Of a DNA stretch of 64,000 nucleotides, positions 13,241-26,407 are shown one piece after another. The translations under genes and the position numbers were made by a program. How positions within the stretch are numbered: the first letter of the stretch is position 1; each line of letters begins with the position of its first letter. The notes beneath the pieces are model-generated. The model did not search any database and was not told the origin of the DNA. It worked only from the letters and a program-made list of their open reading frames with translations. Source of the stretch: Mobula hypostoma (taxonomy: Eukaryota); NCBI RefSeq assembly GCF_963921235.1, contig NC_086122.1, positions 33,356,001 through 33,420,000 of the forward strand, given 5' to 3'.

Positions 13241-14958
13241 TAATAAACTGGGGTTGGGTGGGACTACAACTGGAGGTCATGAGTTAAATGTTTAAGGAGA
13301 ACATGAGGGGGAAACTTCCTCACAGAGTGTGGAACTGGCTGCCAGCAGAAGTGGTGGACATGGGTTCTATTTTAACGTTTAAGAGAAGTTTGGATGAGTA
13401 CATGGATGGGAGAGGAATGGAAGGCTATGGTCCCGGTGCAGATCAATGGGACTAGGGAGAATAGTTCAGCACCGACTAGATGGGCCAAAGGGCCTGGTTT
13501 GGTGCTGTACTGCTCTATGAATTGAAAATTGGTTGAGGGGAAGCAAAAAAAAATACAAAGTAAGAAAAATCGAAAGGCAGGAAATGACCAGTGGGATAAG
13601 GATCAATGCTAAGACTGTTCCGAATAATTTGGATGACAGAACTAAATGTAAAACTTTGAAATTTGTTGATAACAAAAACTGGGTGATTTATGATTGGTTA
13701 GGGATTTGTAAAAAAGCTTACTGGCAATTTAAACAATTCACATGAATGAGCATATATATTCACACATGCAGTACAATATAGAAATGTGGTTGAAATTATC
13801 CATTTTGACAGGAAGGCACAGTACTATTTAAACAGTGATAGATTGGGGAATTTTGACGCATGAAGGGATCTGGGTATCCTTGTACAAAAGTCACTGGAGG
13901 CAAACATGCAGGTGCAGTGAGTAATTAAGAAAGCAAACAATATATTGGCCTTCATTACAAGAGGATCTTAGTACTGGAACAAGGATGTTTTACTGAAACC
14001 ACACAATACTTTGGTGAGACCAAAGTATTGGGTACAATATCCAAATCTAAGATACACCTTTGACCCAGTTAGTACACAAAATGTTCACCATGGAATGACA
14101 TGAAGAAAGACTGTGTTGATCAAGTCAAATCAAGTTTATTGTCTTTTAACTATATACATGTATATAACATATATAACCATATAATGTATATAGAAATGAG
14201 ATGTTTCTCTGAACCAGGGTGTAAGGCACAGTGGTACACATAACACACAATAACTTGTGAAGGCAAGGATAAAAACCTACAGATGAGTCACACATAAATA
14301 GCAAACTAAAGTGCATAAATTAAGTAGTGTAAGGTATGGAACCAGTGACACTTCGAATGTGATGCAGCAGGGTGTGCGGAAGCCAAACGACCTGAGGGAA
14401 GAAAATGTTTCCTATTCTGACCGTTCTCATTTTTATGCACCGGAGTCTCCTGCCTGGTGGTAGAGAGTCAAAGAGGAGGCTGGAGGGATGGGTGGGATCC
14501 TTGATAATATTAAAGGCCCTGTGTTTGCAGTGCTCCTGATAAATGTCCCTGATGGATGGTAGGGAGACCCCCTATAATCCTCTAGCTGTTCTCAAAGGAA
14601 CTTCCAGTCCAATGTTTGCTGCTCCCATATCAGAGGGAGACGCAACTTGTCAGGATGCCCTCAATGGTGCTCCTGTGAAATTCAATTAAGATGGTGGTGG
14701 TGGGAGGGGGAGGGGGAGCCTTGCTTGCCTCAGTCTCCTTAGGAAGTGGAGGCATTGCTGTTCTTGTTCAGGGAGATGATATCCATTAGTTCTGAAGAAT
14801 GACAGGGAACATCACTGAAATGTACAAAGTTATAACAGCTACACTGACTGGATGCTGGGAGGTTTCCAGCTCTGATTTTCTGTTTCCATATCCCTCAAAA
14901 GACCAAAAAAATGTATATGGAGGAGGCTTCACTTTACCCACTACCAATGCCAGCTCAC

Positions 14959-15153
14959 CTTCTCCAGATGGACATTAACGCTCTTTCCATCTTCCAGCAG
15001 CCATGAGCTCTCCTCAACTTTCACATCATTGAACATCTCACCATCGATTACAGGTGGGTGGCCTTTCAGGCCCAGTTTCAAGTGGCGCCTCTGGATCTCC
15101 ACAACCACGTCCCGGCTCTTCAATCTGAAGTTGACTTGGAATGGTACCAGAAG
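14959..15153 (-). CDS. NUDC: NUDC exon 6 ([12 protein letters not shown]...VNVHLEK), CS domain
   Basis: Acceptor TTTCCAG, donor AAG|GTGAGC; [14 protein letters not shown] motif; 195 nt. Confidence 0.96.
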
Positions 15154-15952
15154 CTGGAAACACAACCCCGACAAGAATGACAGAAAGGGCATTCAGTCAT
15201 AATTCCATCCAGTGTTGTCTAAGCCTACACGGCAACCAAAACTTATTTATTTCCATTCCAACTTCTCCAGGAGAATAATTGTGAAATACCCTGCTGCATA
15301 AAACAATAGATAATGATATACTTTGAAATATTACCATCAGTTGATAATCATACCCTTGCAACAAAATTCCTCTCCATATCCTCAGTCGAAAGATTACCTC
15401 CTCATTTGGAGAGGGTGCAGAAGAGGCTTACCAGGATGCTGCCTGGTTCTGAGTGCACGTGCTATCACAAGAGGCTGGATAAACTTGGTTTCTTTTCTCT
15501 GGCGACAGAGACGGAGAGGTTTACAAGATTATGAGAGGCGTAGAGTGGACAGGGAGTATCTGTTTCCCAGGTTGAAATAGCTAATACCACAGGGCAATCA
15601 TTGAAGGTGGGAGGGGGTAGGTTCAAGGGGGATGCGAGGGGCGAGATTTTTAAAATCAGAGTCGCGGATACCTGGAAATGCGCTGCCTGGTATAGCGGGG
15701 GGGGGGGAGGTAAATACATTAGGGGCTTTTAAGAGACATTTAGATAGGCACGTGGATGTAAGGATGGAGGGATAGGGACACGGTGTGGGTAGGAGGGATT
15801 AGTATTTAGGTGCTTTTGCTTTGCTTTTTAGCTGGTTCGGCACAACAGTGTGAGCTGAAGGGTCTGTTCCTGGTCTATGTTCTATATCAATGTTGCATCA
15901 TTTCCTGCCTTAGCCGCTCCTATCTGCATTAAGATAAATGACTGACACTTAC

Positions 15953-16072
15953 ATCCACTTCAGACAGAGTCTGGGTCCACCGGTAGTTGGGCAGATCAGC
16001 ACCGTTTCCAGCGTTGGGCTTCAGTTTCCCTTTGTCCTTCTCGTCCTCTTCGCCTTCAGATTCAGACTCCGC
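15953..16072 (-). CDS. NUDC: NUDC exon 5 ([40 protein letters not shown])
   Basis: Acceptor CTGTAG, donor GAT|GTAAGT; start of the CS/p23 domain (YRWTQTLSE). Confidence 0.96.
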
Positions 16073-17456
16073 CTACAGATTTGCGTGGGGCCAAGAGGAC
16101 ACATTTCATATTGCAGCATCCCCAGCGAGCTCGGCTCATTCCACAACTGGGCACACGGATTCCGAGACACAAAACGAACGAGCAAAAGGGTCTTAGTTGT
16201 GGTGTCCAGTTCACAGACTAACTGAGGCAGTCACACACAGGGGTTATGCAGCAGCCATGCTGAACCAATTAACAGATTGCACAGTGAGAATTAAATATTT
16301 AACCAGATGAACCAAAGGGACTAAAGTTTTAAATACTGAACTTGAAGATGGGACATAATAGGAAGCACGGCGAAGCCTGACACTCACTTTGAGGGAGTCT
16401 CAGTCAGTGTTCTTTACTCAGGATACTCAACTTCAGCATTTTCCTGACTGTATTGTCTGCGATAAATGCCACAGGACAGTGTTTAAGAAGCAGATTTCCA
16501 CATACACTCTGTTCTGGCATATTTTAGAAACAAGTAACAACATTCAAACAGGCTACTCACACCAGCCAGCCCATGCTCCTGTTCACTCTCCACACTGTTA
16601 TGTAGTTAGAATTACTTTTACCCACACTTTAAGTTGCTTTCTTTCATCCATCCAATCTACAATGACGATTATTAAATCATACAACCTTTTCAATAACTTC
16701 TACTGTAGAGTACACAAGCTCTGATCCATTTTGATCCAGCACATACAGTCATCTGAGCCCACAGAAAGAAAAAACATTTGTGTGAGCCCCAAAGAGATTT
16801 AATAAAGGACCGGAGACAAGATCATTAAAAAAAAACCTGCAATCTAAAGAGCCGAAGATAAGAAATGTGGGTTTTTAAAATGATGCACCCTTTTAATAAG
16901 CAACACACACAAACTGCTGTAGGAACTCAGTAGTCAGGCAGCATCTATGAAAATAAACAAACAATCGAGGTTTTGGGCCAAGACCCCTTCATCAGGACTG
17001 GAAAAGACGGGAAAAGACGCCAGAATAAAAAGGTGGGAGTGTGGGGGGGGGGGGGGGAAGAAGGGAAGGAGGCTAGCTGCAAGGTGATAAGGAAACCCTG
17101 GTGGGTGGGAAAGGTAAAGGGCTGGCGAAGGAGGAATACGATAGGAGACAGTGGACCATTTGAGAAAGAGGAGGAGGAGAGGCACCAGGGGTAAATGTTA
17201 GGCAGGTGAGGAGAAGAGGTAAGATGCCAGAGTGGGGGACTGGAGAAGAGGGACAGGGAGGAGAGAGAACATCTGAAGGAGAAATCAATGTTCATGCTAT
17301 GAGGTCAGAGGCTACCTAGACAGAATACGAGGTGTTGCTCCTCCACCCTGAAAATAGCCTCATCATGGCAAAAGTGGAGGTTGTGAACTGACATATTGAA
17401 ACGGGAACCCATTTAATAAACCTCGACCCATCTCAGAGACTCAGCTTCCCCATTAC

Positions 17457-17534
17457 CTGCTTTGAATCCTGATTTTCCGAGGGCTTTTCCCCATTGGCTG
17501 TAATTCCATCCCCAACACTTTCTTGTTCTTTTTT
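17457..17534 (-). CDS. NUDC: NUDC exon 4 (KKEQESVGDGITANGEKPSENQDSKQ)
   Basis: Acceptor TTTTTCATCCAG, donor CAG|GTAATG; 78 nt, phase 0/0; begins KK and ends KQ like the variable linker exon of human NUDC. Confidence 0.85.
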
Positions 17535-20140
17535 CTGGATGAAAAATGCAAAGCAAAGTTAGTTTAAATGCAGCCTCAATACTTGTGTCAGCAAGCAACT
17601 GACTCAAAAACACGGGCTGTGGTCATAAGTGGATCGAAACCTTCAACAAGAAAGACCATTGAGCTATACAGCACAGGAAGCAGACCATTCAACCATCGAG
17701 ACTGACCAAGATGTTCAAATGAACTTATCCCACCTGCTTCACTTCTCTCTAGAATGCTACAGTTAAACATTCCTGTCATATTTAACTTCTGATGGCCTAT
17801 CAAAGTACTGAATTATAAGCATTTTGTGATAAAACTCATTTATTTGGACTGATGTAAATTGCACAAATATCACAAAGCACCTTTTCTTTGTTTAAGCATT
17901 TCACTTTAAAAGGGGTGATGAAGTTCTAAATCAGATGCATTTTAGCATGAGTGGGACAAATTTGACCACAGCAAATTGAGAAAACACTTCCCGTTTTTCT
18001 ATTTTCTATTTATGATTTATAATTTAAATTTTTAATATTTACTATCGATTTGTAATCCAGGGAGTGGGGAAGCACAGAATCAAATATCACTGTGATGATT
18101 GTACGTTCTAGTATCAATTGTTTGGCGAAAATAAAGTATAAAGTACAGATAACATCCAAACTGTACAGGCCTTGATTTATATTTTATAAGTAACAAAATC
18201 TAGGTACTTTCACAGGACTGGCTTATGTTACTTTGCCATAAAATCCAACACTGCTTGGGTGACAATATTAAGGGTCCAAATCTGTCACAAATTTGCCTGC
18301 TGGAGAAACGGAAGCTGACAAGGTGCAAGATGCCTTGACAAGTGGCAAGGATGTACCCATCCAGGTCCTGGCATCAGCTGTAAGAATCTACCTACAAATG
18401 CCAAGACATGTTCCATGGGGCTCCACTCAGAGAGCCCTGAGCTGATACCACTTCAATCAGGGTCCTTAACGGAACAGTAAGAAAAGTTCACAAGGCAGAC
18501 ATCAAAATGTATGCATTTCCACAGGGGCGGAGGCAAAGGCGTAAATCACAGGCAATGAGGTAGACACCAACACCTAAGAGAAACGCTAAATGACGCTATG
18601 ACAGCTCAAGGTGTCAGAAATTTGGAGTTCAATCCCAGCATCCGTTGTAAGGAGTCTCTGTGTATCCCCTTCGTGGAATGCGTGGGTTTTCTCCAGGTGC
18701 TCTGGTTTCCTCCCACAGTCCAAAGGTCAACTGGTCATTGTAAATTAGGTTAGGGTTAAATCGGGGTTGTCAGGGTTTGCAGCGTGCAGTGGCTCGAAAG
18801 GCAAGAAGGGCCAATTCCGTGCTGTATCTCCAAATAAAAACACCTAACCCTCTTCATCCCAATACACATTGTCAGATCAAACACCCAACTGGACAACCTT
18901 CACCACACCTAACGTAATAACACCAGTACAACATCTCTCTCTACCAGCAGCCTACTCACCATTCCCTTATTCAAAAGCGAGAGAGGCAGAAAGCAAGAAA
19001 TTACAGATAACCATCACAGGGGAAAAGTTGGAAACTATTGTTAAAGATGTTCATGTATGGCAAAGGGGAAAGGCAAAGCTTTAGAAACCATGTTTCACCA
19101 ATATTTTGGAGTCCTTTGGAGAAGTAACATTTACTGTGGATAAGTGACAAATATTGGATGTACATTCTGGTTTCCCTCTCACCCCTTCTCTTCTCCATAC
19201 CTGCCCATCAACCCTCTGGTGCCCTCCTCCTTCCCTTTCTTCCTTGGTCCACTCTCTGCTCCTCACTCCTATTAGATTCTGTCTTTTTCACCCAGAATTC
19301 TCATGGTAAGTTGCATCAGAGGTTATTTATTTATTCAGTGATATAGCACAGAATAGACCCCCCCCACCCATGAAAACCTCAATTTAACCCTAACCTAATC
19401 ACAGAAGAATTTACAATGCCCAATTAACCTACCCAGCAAGTTTTTGGAGTGCAGGAGGAAACTGGAGCACCCAGAGAAAAACCACACATTCCACAGGGAA
19501 GACATACAGAGACTCCGTACAGACAATGCTAGAATTCCAACTCCGACGCCCCGATATGTAACAGCGTCGCGCTAACCACTACCCTACCAGGGCGCCTTGT
19601 GAAAAAAATATGCGCTGTTGCAGGGAAAGGAACATTTTGGCATGGGGAAAAAAAAATCAGTGGCTGGTTAGCAGGAAATAGAGAATAGAGGCATATATGG
19701 TTGAAAGGTGACGTGCCAGAGAGACTGTGCTGGAGTTTCTGCTTTACAATTTATATAAAAAACTTGGATAAAAGCACTGAAGCATTGGGTCCCACAACCA
19801 TTGATCTCACTTTCAAGGAATCTTTATATCATGCTTTTGTTAAGTTATTGCTATTTATATTTCCATTTGCACAGTTTGTTGTCTTCTGCACTCTGGTTGA
19901 TCTTTCACTGATCCTGTTATAGTTACTATTTTGTAGATTTGCTGAGTATGCGCACAAGAAAATGAATCTCAGGGTTGTACACAGTGACAATTTAATTTTA
20001 AATTTGAGGGTATGGTGCTGATGACAAAAAGGGAAAATAACTGGTAGAGAGGGCTGAAGAAAATCAAAAAGAGGTATAGAAAAGGACATAATGGGTAGGA
20101 GCAGGAGTAGGCTCCTGGCTTTTTCCTGCTTCACTATTCT

Positions 20141-20166
20141 TCACACACACACACACACACACACAC
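20141..20166 (+). repeat. (CA)n microsatellite
   Basis: Direct reading; other microsatellites at ~5452-5471 (GT)n and ~49427-49470 (GA)n/(GATA)n. Confidence 0.9.
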
Positions 20167-20536
20167 TCGGGCAATTTACAGTGGCCAGTTCTCCCACCTA
20201 CCTGCACAGCTTTGGGATGTGGAAGGAAAGCAGAGCACCGCGTGGTCTCAGGGAGAACAGCAAACTCCACACGGACAGCATCTAAAGTCACAATTAAACC
20301 CATGTCGCTGCAACACTGTGGCGCCACCAGCTGTGCCACTGAGCCCGTTAAGATTTCAGGAACATTCCACGGGTTTTTGACAGGGTGAATGTAGACTTAG
20401 CATTTTTTCTTGTGGAAGAATCTCAGTGTACAGCCTGCAAAGCTGAATGAGTAACCATTTTCCCCATCTCTCCGATTCTTTATTCTTAACCATTTGCTGA
20501 GCTAACTCCAGTGACTGGCCTCAGTGATCTGCTCAC

Positions 20537-20746
20537 CTGATCAATCTCCTTCTGCAGTTGGTTCGCCTCCTCATCCGTTAGCTCCTTGATCTTCGGCTGC
20601 TTTGCTTCAGTCACTGATCTCTCCTTGGCCTCTGTAAGGAGGGCTCGCTCCACTTTCTCCTTTTTCTCGGCTTCCCGCTTCACCTCTTTCTCCATCTGGG
20701 CCTGTACGGCTAACTTCTGGTGGCGCTTGAATGTCTCTGTGACCAA
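20537..20746 (-). CDS. NUDC: NUDC exon 3 (LVTETFKRHQ...IKELTDEEANQLQKEIDQ)
   Basis: Acceptor TTCCACAG, donor CAG|GTGAGC; coiled-coil region with IKELTDEEA motif; 210 nt. Confidence 0.95.
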
Positions 20747-20873
20747 CTGTGGAAAACAGGAGTCTGTTTATAAAAAAAATTACACCAATAGACTACTGGG
20801 GAGACACCACGAGCAAATGGGGCCTTTGGGGGTGGGGGAGGGATGCAAAGAGTCTTCCCTGTATCAGTGCAGC

Positions 20874-21111
20874 AGTCCCCTAGTTTCACTGACAACACGC
20901 TGGAACAACTCAGCAGGTCGGGCAGCATCCGTGGAAACGATCAGTCAACGTTTCGGGCCGGCACGTTGAGTCCTGACGAAGGGTTCCGGCCCGAAACATT
21001 GACTGATCATTTCCATGTATGCTGCCCGACCTGCTGAGCTCCTCCAGCGTGTTGTGAGTGTTGCTTTGACCCCAGCATCTGCAGATTATTTTGTGTTTAG
21101 TCCCCTAGTTT
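20874..21111 (+). mobile_element. Fold-back Penelope-like insertion with 13-bp TSD
   Basis: AGTCCCCTAGTTT at 20874-20886 and 21099-21111; inverted arms about 20887-20961 and 20987-21060. Confidence 0.8.
20969..21004 (+). ncRNA. Minimal type I hammerhead ribozyme motif (best-preserved core)
   Basis: AGTC-CTGACGA-A-GGG-TTCCGG-CCC-GAAA-CATT-GACT: stem I AGTC/GACT, intact CUGANGA and GAAA boxes, stem II GGG/CCC; stem III palindrome mutated (ACAT instead of ACGT). Confidence 0.6.
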
Positions 21112-21210
21112 GTACAGAGGGTTGGAACCTTTGTACTATGAAAACAGCATTGAAAGAAATGGAGGCATAGTATGATCTCCCACTGACTGTAGGAGAACCT
21201 TTATACTCAC

Positions 21211-21288
21211 TTTTTCAGCTGCTCCTTGCTCTCCACCAGTGAAGAAGTCAGTTTTACGCCTCAGGAAACTGAAGAATGTATCTACAAG
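21211..21288 (-). CDS. NUDC: NUDC exon 2 ([26 protein letters not shown])
   Basis: Acceptor CTTCCAG, donor AAA|GTGAGT; conserved [13 protein letters not shown] motif; 78 nt. Confidence 0.96.
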
Positions 21289-21380
21289 CTGGAAGAATAA
21301 AAGCAAAGTCCTTTTTATTCATTTAACTGGTCGTGGTTTCCCAGAACCCACCAAATAAATAATCTCACTTAAAATACATA

Positions 21381-21798
21381 CAGTGCTGTGCAAAAGTCCG
21401 AATTACATGTAAAACAAAATTTGTAAAGTGAAGATGCTTTCAAAATAATAAAATGTATAGTTTCTAAATATCAAAAAGTTTACTTTAAGAGCAGTAAACA
21501 GTAATAAACTAAATCAAATCAATATTTGGTCTGACCACCCCGGGCCCTTAAAACTGCATCAATTCTCTTCGGTGCACCGTTGCGCAGTTTTGTAAGAAAA
21601 TCGGCTGGTAGGTTGTTGCAGCTTGGAGAACTTGCCGCAGTTCTTCTGCGGTCTTCAGCTGTCTCACTTGCTTCTGTCTCTCCAGGTAATCCCAGACACC
21701 CTTGATGACGTTGGGATCAGTGCTCTGTGGAGGCCACGCCCTCTGAAAACCTTATATTAAAGAAAAATCTATGTGCCTAAGATTTTTGCACAGTATAG
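21381..21798 (-). mobile_element. Tc1/mariner internal-deletion derivative
   Basis: TA-flanked TIRs CAGTGCTGTGCAAAAGTC / GATTTTTGCACAGTATAG; minus-strand WPPQSTDPNVIKGVWDYLERQK resembles the Tc1 WPSQSPDLNPIE motif. Confidence 0.75.
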
Positions 21799-22619
21799 TA
21801 TCACATCAAAATTGAAAATATACTCCAAATGAAAAAGAACAATGATTAATGCAACGCTATTACAGCTCGGGGCATTGGAGTTCAGAGTCCAATTGCGACA
21901 ACATCTGTAAGGAGTTTCTGTACGTCCTCCCAGTGGAATGCATGCTTGGGTATTCTCCAGGTGCTCCAGTTTCCACCCACAGTCCAAAGCTGTATCGGTT
22001 AGTAGGTCTATTGGTAAATGTAAATTAGGGTTGAATTGGGGGTTGCTGGGCAACATAGCTTGAAGGGCAGAAGGGCCTCCTCCAGGCTACATTTCTAAAT
22101 AGAATAGAATATTTGACGCTGATTATGTTTGTAGTTTTAAAAAAAAAAGCTTACTACTGGCCAGTGAAGAGCACGATGAAGGGTTAGATTTCAGTCTCTG
22201 CTAGTATACCAGATCTAACACCAAGTATTTCATTCAGCCCATTTAACATCCATTCCGACATAACTAGCAGTTAAACCACCGCTCAACAAGGATGCAGCTG
22301 CTGGACAAAGAGATAACGCAGAGCAGCTCAGAGCCAGGTGGACTAAAAGACTAGCATACCAAAGGCCATCTCATGTGCCAGAGGATTCACCAGAGTGAGT
22401 GGGGAAGTCTTCGGTTCAAAGCTTCAATCCTGCGACAAGTGGTGAAAATCTACATTCTTGTTGCCAGAGTTTAAAGGCCTGCTGCCCAGAGCAGGTGAGA
22501 TATAAAACTGAGGGCCTTTCTGCCCTCTTAGGGGATGAAAAAGTACTTTCCACTTTTCAAACAAGAGCTGAGGTGTTCTCCAATGTCCTTGCCGATATTT
22601 ATTTCACCATTAACACCAC

Positions 22620-24850
22620 AAGACCATGAGATATAGGAGCAGAATTAGGCCATTCGGCCCATTGTGTGTGCTCACCATTTCACCAGGGCTGATCCAATTT
22701 TCCTCTCAGCCCCAATCTCCTGCCTTCTCCCAGTATCCTTTCATGCCCTGACCAATCAAAATTCTATCAAACTCTGTCTTAAATACACAAAGACTTGGCC
22801 TCCACGGCTGCCTGTGGCAAAGAATTCCACAGATTTACCATTCTCTGGCTAAAGAAATTCCTCCTCATCTCCATTCTAAAAGGACACCCCTTTATTCTGA
22901 GGCAGTGTCCTCTGGTCTTAGACTCTCCCACCATAGGAAACATCCTTTTCACATCCACTCTATCGAGGTCTTTCACCATTTGATAGGTTACTGTTCTGGC
23001 GTCATCCTGTCAGTGTTCTTTTCCAATCAATTCTGGCCAGCTCCTCTCTCATGCCTCTGTAATTCCCTTTACTCCACTGTAGTACTGATACATCTGACTT
23101 TAGCCTCTCCTTCTCAAATTTCAGGGTGAATTTGATATTATGATCACTTGTCCCCAAGGGTTCTTTTCCCTTAAGCTCTCTAATTAATTCTGGTTCATTG
23201 CACAACACCCAATCCAGAATAGTTGATCCTCTAGTAGGCTCAACCACAAACTGCTCTAAAGAGCCATCTCATAGGCACTCTAGAAATTCCCTGTCCTGAA
23301 ATCCAGCACCAACCTGATTTTCCCAATCAACCTGCATAATGACTGACTATGGTAACATTGCCCTTTTAGCATGCATTTTCTATACTTTCTATCTCCCATT
23401 GTAATTTGTAGGCCACATCCTTACTACTGTTTGGGGGTCTGTATACAACTCCCATCAGGGTCTTTTTACCCTTGCAGTTCCTTAGCTCTATCCACAATGA
23501 TTCAATACTTTCCAACCCTACTTCACCTCTTTCTAATGACTTGATTTAATTTTTTACCAACACAGCAACGCCACCCTCTGCCTTCCTGCCTATTCTTTTG
23601 ATACAATGTGTATCCTTGAACATTAAGCTCCTAGCTATACTCTTTCAGCCATGATTTTGTGATGTCTGCAACAACATACCTGCCAATCGGCAGTTCAGCT
23701 ACCTTATCCCATATACCAACAATCTCTCCACTGTTTTGGCTCTCTGGTTCCCATCTCCCTGCAACTATAGTTTATACCCCACCAGGCAGCATTAACAAAC
23801 CTTCCTGCTAGGATATTAGCCCCTCTCCAGTTCAGGTGCAAACCGCCCCTTCTGTACGGATCCCACATTCCCTGGATCCAAGTATCTTGTGCCCTGCCTC
23901 TTACACCACAAATTAAACTGTACAATCTTCCTAGTTCTGGCCTCACTAGCACATAGCACGGGTGGCAGTCCTGAGATCACAACCCTGGAGGTCCTGCCCT
24001 TTAACTTAGCACCTAATTCCCTATGCAGAACCTCGTCACTCGTCCTATCCATGCCATCGATACCTACACGGACCACGACTTCTGGCTGTTCACCCTTCCA
24101 CTTAAAAATGCTGAGGACTCGATCTGAGATATCCTGGACACTGGCACCCAGAAGGCAACATACCATCCAGGAATTTTGTTCTCGCCCACAGAACCGTCTG
24201 TCCGTTCCCCTAACTAACGGATCCCGTATCGCCACAGCGTGTCTCTTCTATCCCCCTTCCCTGAGTCACAGAGGCAAACTCAATGCCAGAGACCAGACCA
24301 CTGTGAATTTCATCTGTTAGGTCACCCCCCACCACCGACAGTATCCAAAGTGATATACCTGAGAGGGGTGGCCACAGGGGTGCTCTGCACTCTCTCCTTA
24401 ACCCCTTTCTCCTTCCTGACTGTCACCTAGTTTCCTGTGTCCTGCACCTTGGGTCACCCCTTCAGCCTCTCGAATGATTCGGAGTTCATCCAGTTCCAGT
24501 TCCAACTCCTTAACAGGGTTCCTTAGGAACTGCAGCTGGATACACTTCTCGCAGTTGTAGTCGTCCGGAACACTGGAGGTCTCGCTGCATTCCCACATCC
24601 CACAAGCGGAGCATTGCACGATCCTGCCTGACATCTCTACTGTCCTAGCTAAGCAGATATAAAGAAGGGAAGTAAAAAAACTTGAGCTTTTCTTTCCTTT
24701 GCTTTCTCTGAGTGAAGCCTCAAAGAGCTAAAGCCTTAAGATCACCACTCGATGTCCACTCAGATGACAGCCACTGCACTTGCCCCTGCCTGCCTTTAAC
24801 TTGCTCTTACTAATCAATCCGAAATGCCAACTGGCCGCTAGTCAAAGCTC
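22620..24850 (-). mobile_element. CR1 LINE with 5' end, ORF1 (Cys motif + SGNH esterase), endonuclease remnant and 3' end; RT deleted
   Basis: VQCSACGMWE...CEKCIQLQ...VKELELELDELR; LVRGTDRRFCG...VCCLLGASVQD; EPTRGSTILDWVL...LGTSDHN; joins directly to DLDRVDVKRMFP...LWNSLP at ~22990. Confidence 0.85.
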
Positions 24851-24874
24851 TATTACACTACCACAAATTAGAGT

Positions 24875-25260
24875 TAAGAGCTATAATGGGTGGCAGAGTG
24901 GAGATGCATCTCTACCAAAGGAGGTGCAAGTCGCTCCTTCCCTCTGCTAACCTGCAGGTCACCCTTGGCACGACATAGCACCTGCCGATCAGGATCATAT
25001 GGGGAGCCATGGAAGCAGGTGACAGATGGACGTATGGACAGCTGGTGCATATCCAAAGTCCTGGTTATGTGACCACTGACACCAGGTAGACAATTTCTGA
25101 AGAGTATTGATAATGGCTGGGGGTCATCCATCTTGAAAAGACACTGCCCAGAAGAAGACAATGGCAAACCACTTCTGTAGAAAAATTTGCCAAGAACAAT
25201 CGTGGTCATGGAAAGATCATGATCACCCGCATCATACGACATGGCACAAAATGAACGAAC
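24875..25260 (+). mobile_element. Short non-autonomous element, probably RTE-derived
   Basis: Collinear copy at ~60835-61212; GCAATGGCAAACCAC and GAAC-repeat tail typical of RTE 3' ends. Confidence 0.55.
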
Positions 25261-26407
25261 AAAGAACTATAACACTAATTATTCAATTATCACATTGCTG
25301 ATGGTGCGATTTTACTGCACATTCATTTCCAATATTAAAAGAATGATTTTAAAGAACATTGGGATGGCTTGGTGTCATAATAGGCACCAAATCAACGTGT
25401 TTCTTCCAATAGTTGGCGGGTCTAGGAAAGGTTGCAGTCACTGCATATTCTAGCCTGTCAATGGTCGCATTCAGCACAGTTTACGGAGGTTGTATACAAG
25501 CAAGGTGAACAATTATTGTGCGCATTGGACAGATGTGGTTCTTCAGCCAAGGTTGGCAGCTCATCTAGAAGGAAAACTCTGATCTCAAACCTCCACTGCC
25601 TTGCGGCTATACCAATTCATGGGGAAGGCTTTGGGAGTAAACCCTGAGGAAAAATCCGGAGGAGTCCCACGTTGAGATGAAGGCTGACTGGCAACTCCTG
25701 CGGCGCCACTGGTGCCAAACTGTATCGGTCTCTGCCGTTCCACTGGATTCATCAGCTGCATGGAGAGGGGGGAGCTTGCTGCATGGACAACAGCTTGCTC
25801 TCTGTATTGTACTTCCCCAATTTGCATAGTGGCTTGTCTATCAACTTCCACGCAGTCAGCTAGGACTCAACGTCCATGGTCAACTCCAACCAATGTAGAG
25901 CCTTACTGTGTGCACAAAGATGCTGAATACTGAACATAGCACAGGCTCCTCAGCCCATGATGTCGTGCTGGCCTTCTAACCTACTCCAAGATCAATCGAA
26001 CACTTCTCTCCACAACAGCCTTCAAGATTTTTTCTTTCATCCATCTGACTCTGATGAGTCTTTGAGCTGATTGCCCGTGCCAGCCCAGGTGGGCCATGCC
26101 AGGCTCCACACTGGCATCAAAAGAACTGAGATGAGATCTACTAGAGCGAAAGGCAATTTACACACGTTGAAAGGAAAGTGGATTCAAAGGATATCTGCTG
26201 ACAAGCAAAGTCAGGGGCAGGTTTAACTGCAGACAAAGAGGGAAAGCTCTAACGCAGGGGTTCCCAACGGACCCCTCGGTTAATGTCATGAGAGCTTGGT
26301 TAAAACCTGCCCTAGTGGATCTTTCTGCACTTTGGGGAAGGGTCCAACAAGTCTGGAAGGAGTAAGGGAGCTTTCCAGAAGACACGAAACAGGCAATCAA
26401 TCCCTAC

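Noticed and set aside
24900-24990. HDV-like ribozyme in the 24875/60835 repeat family
   Set aside because: Some pairings exist (CCAAAGG/CCTTTGG, a short P4-like hairpin) but the L3/P1.1 pseudoknot could not be built.
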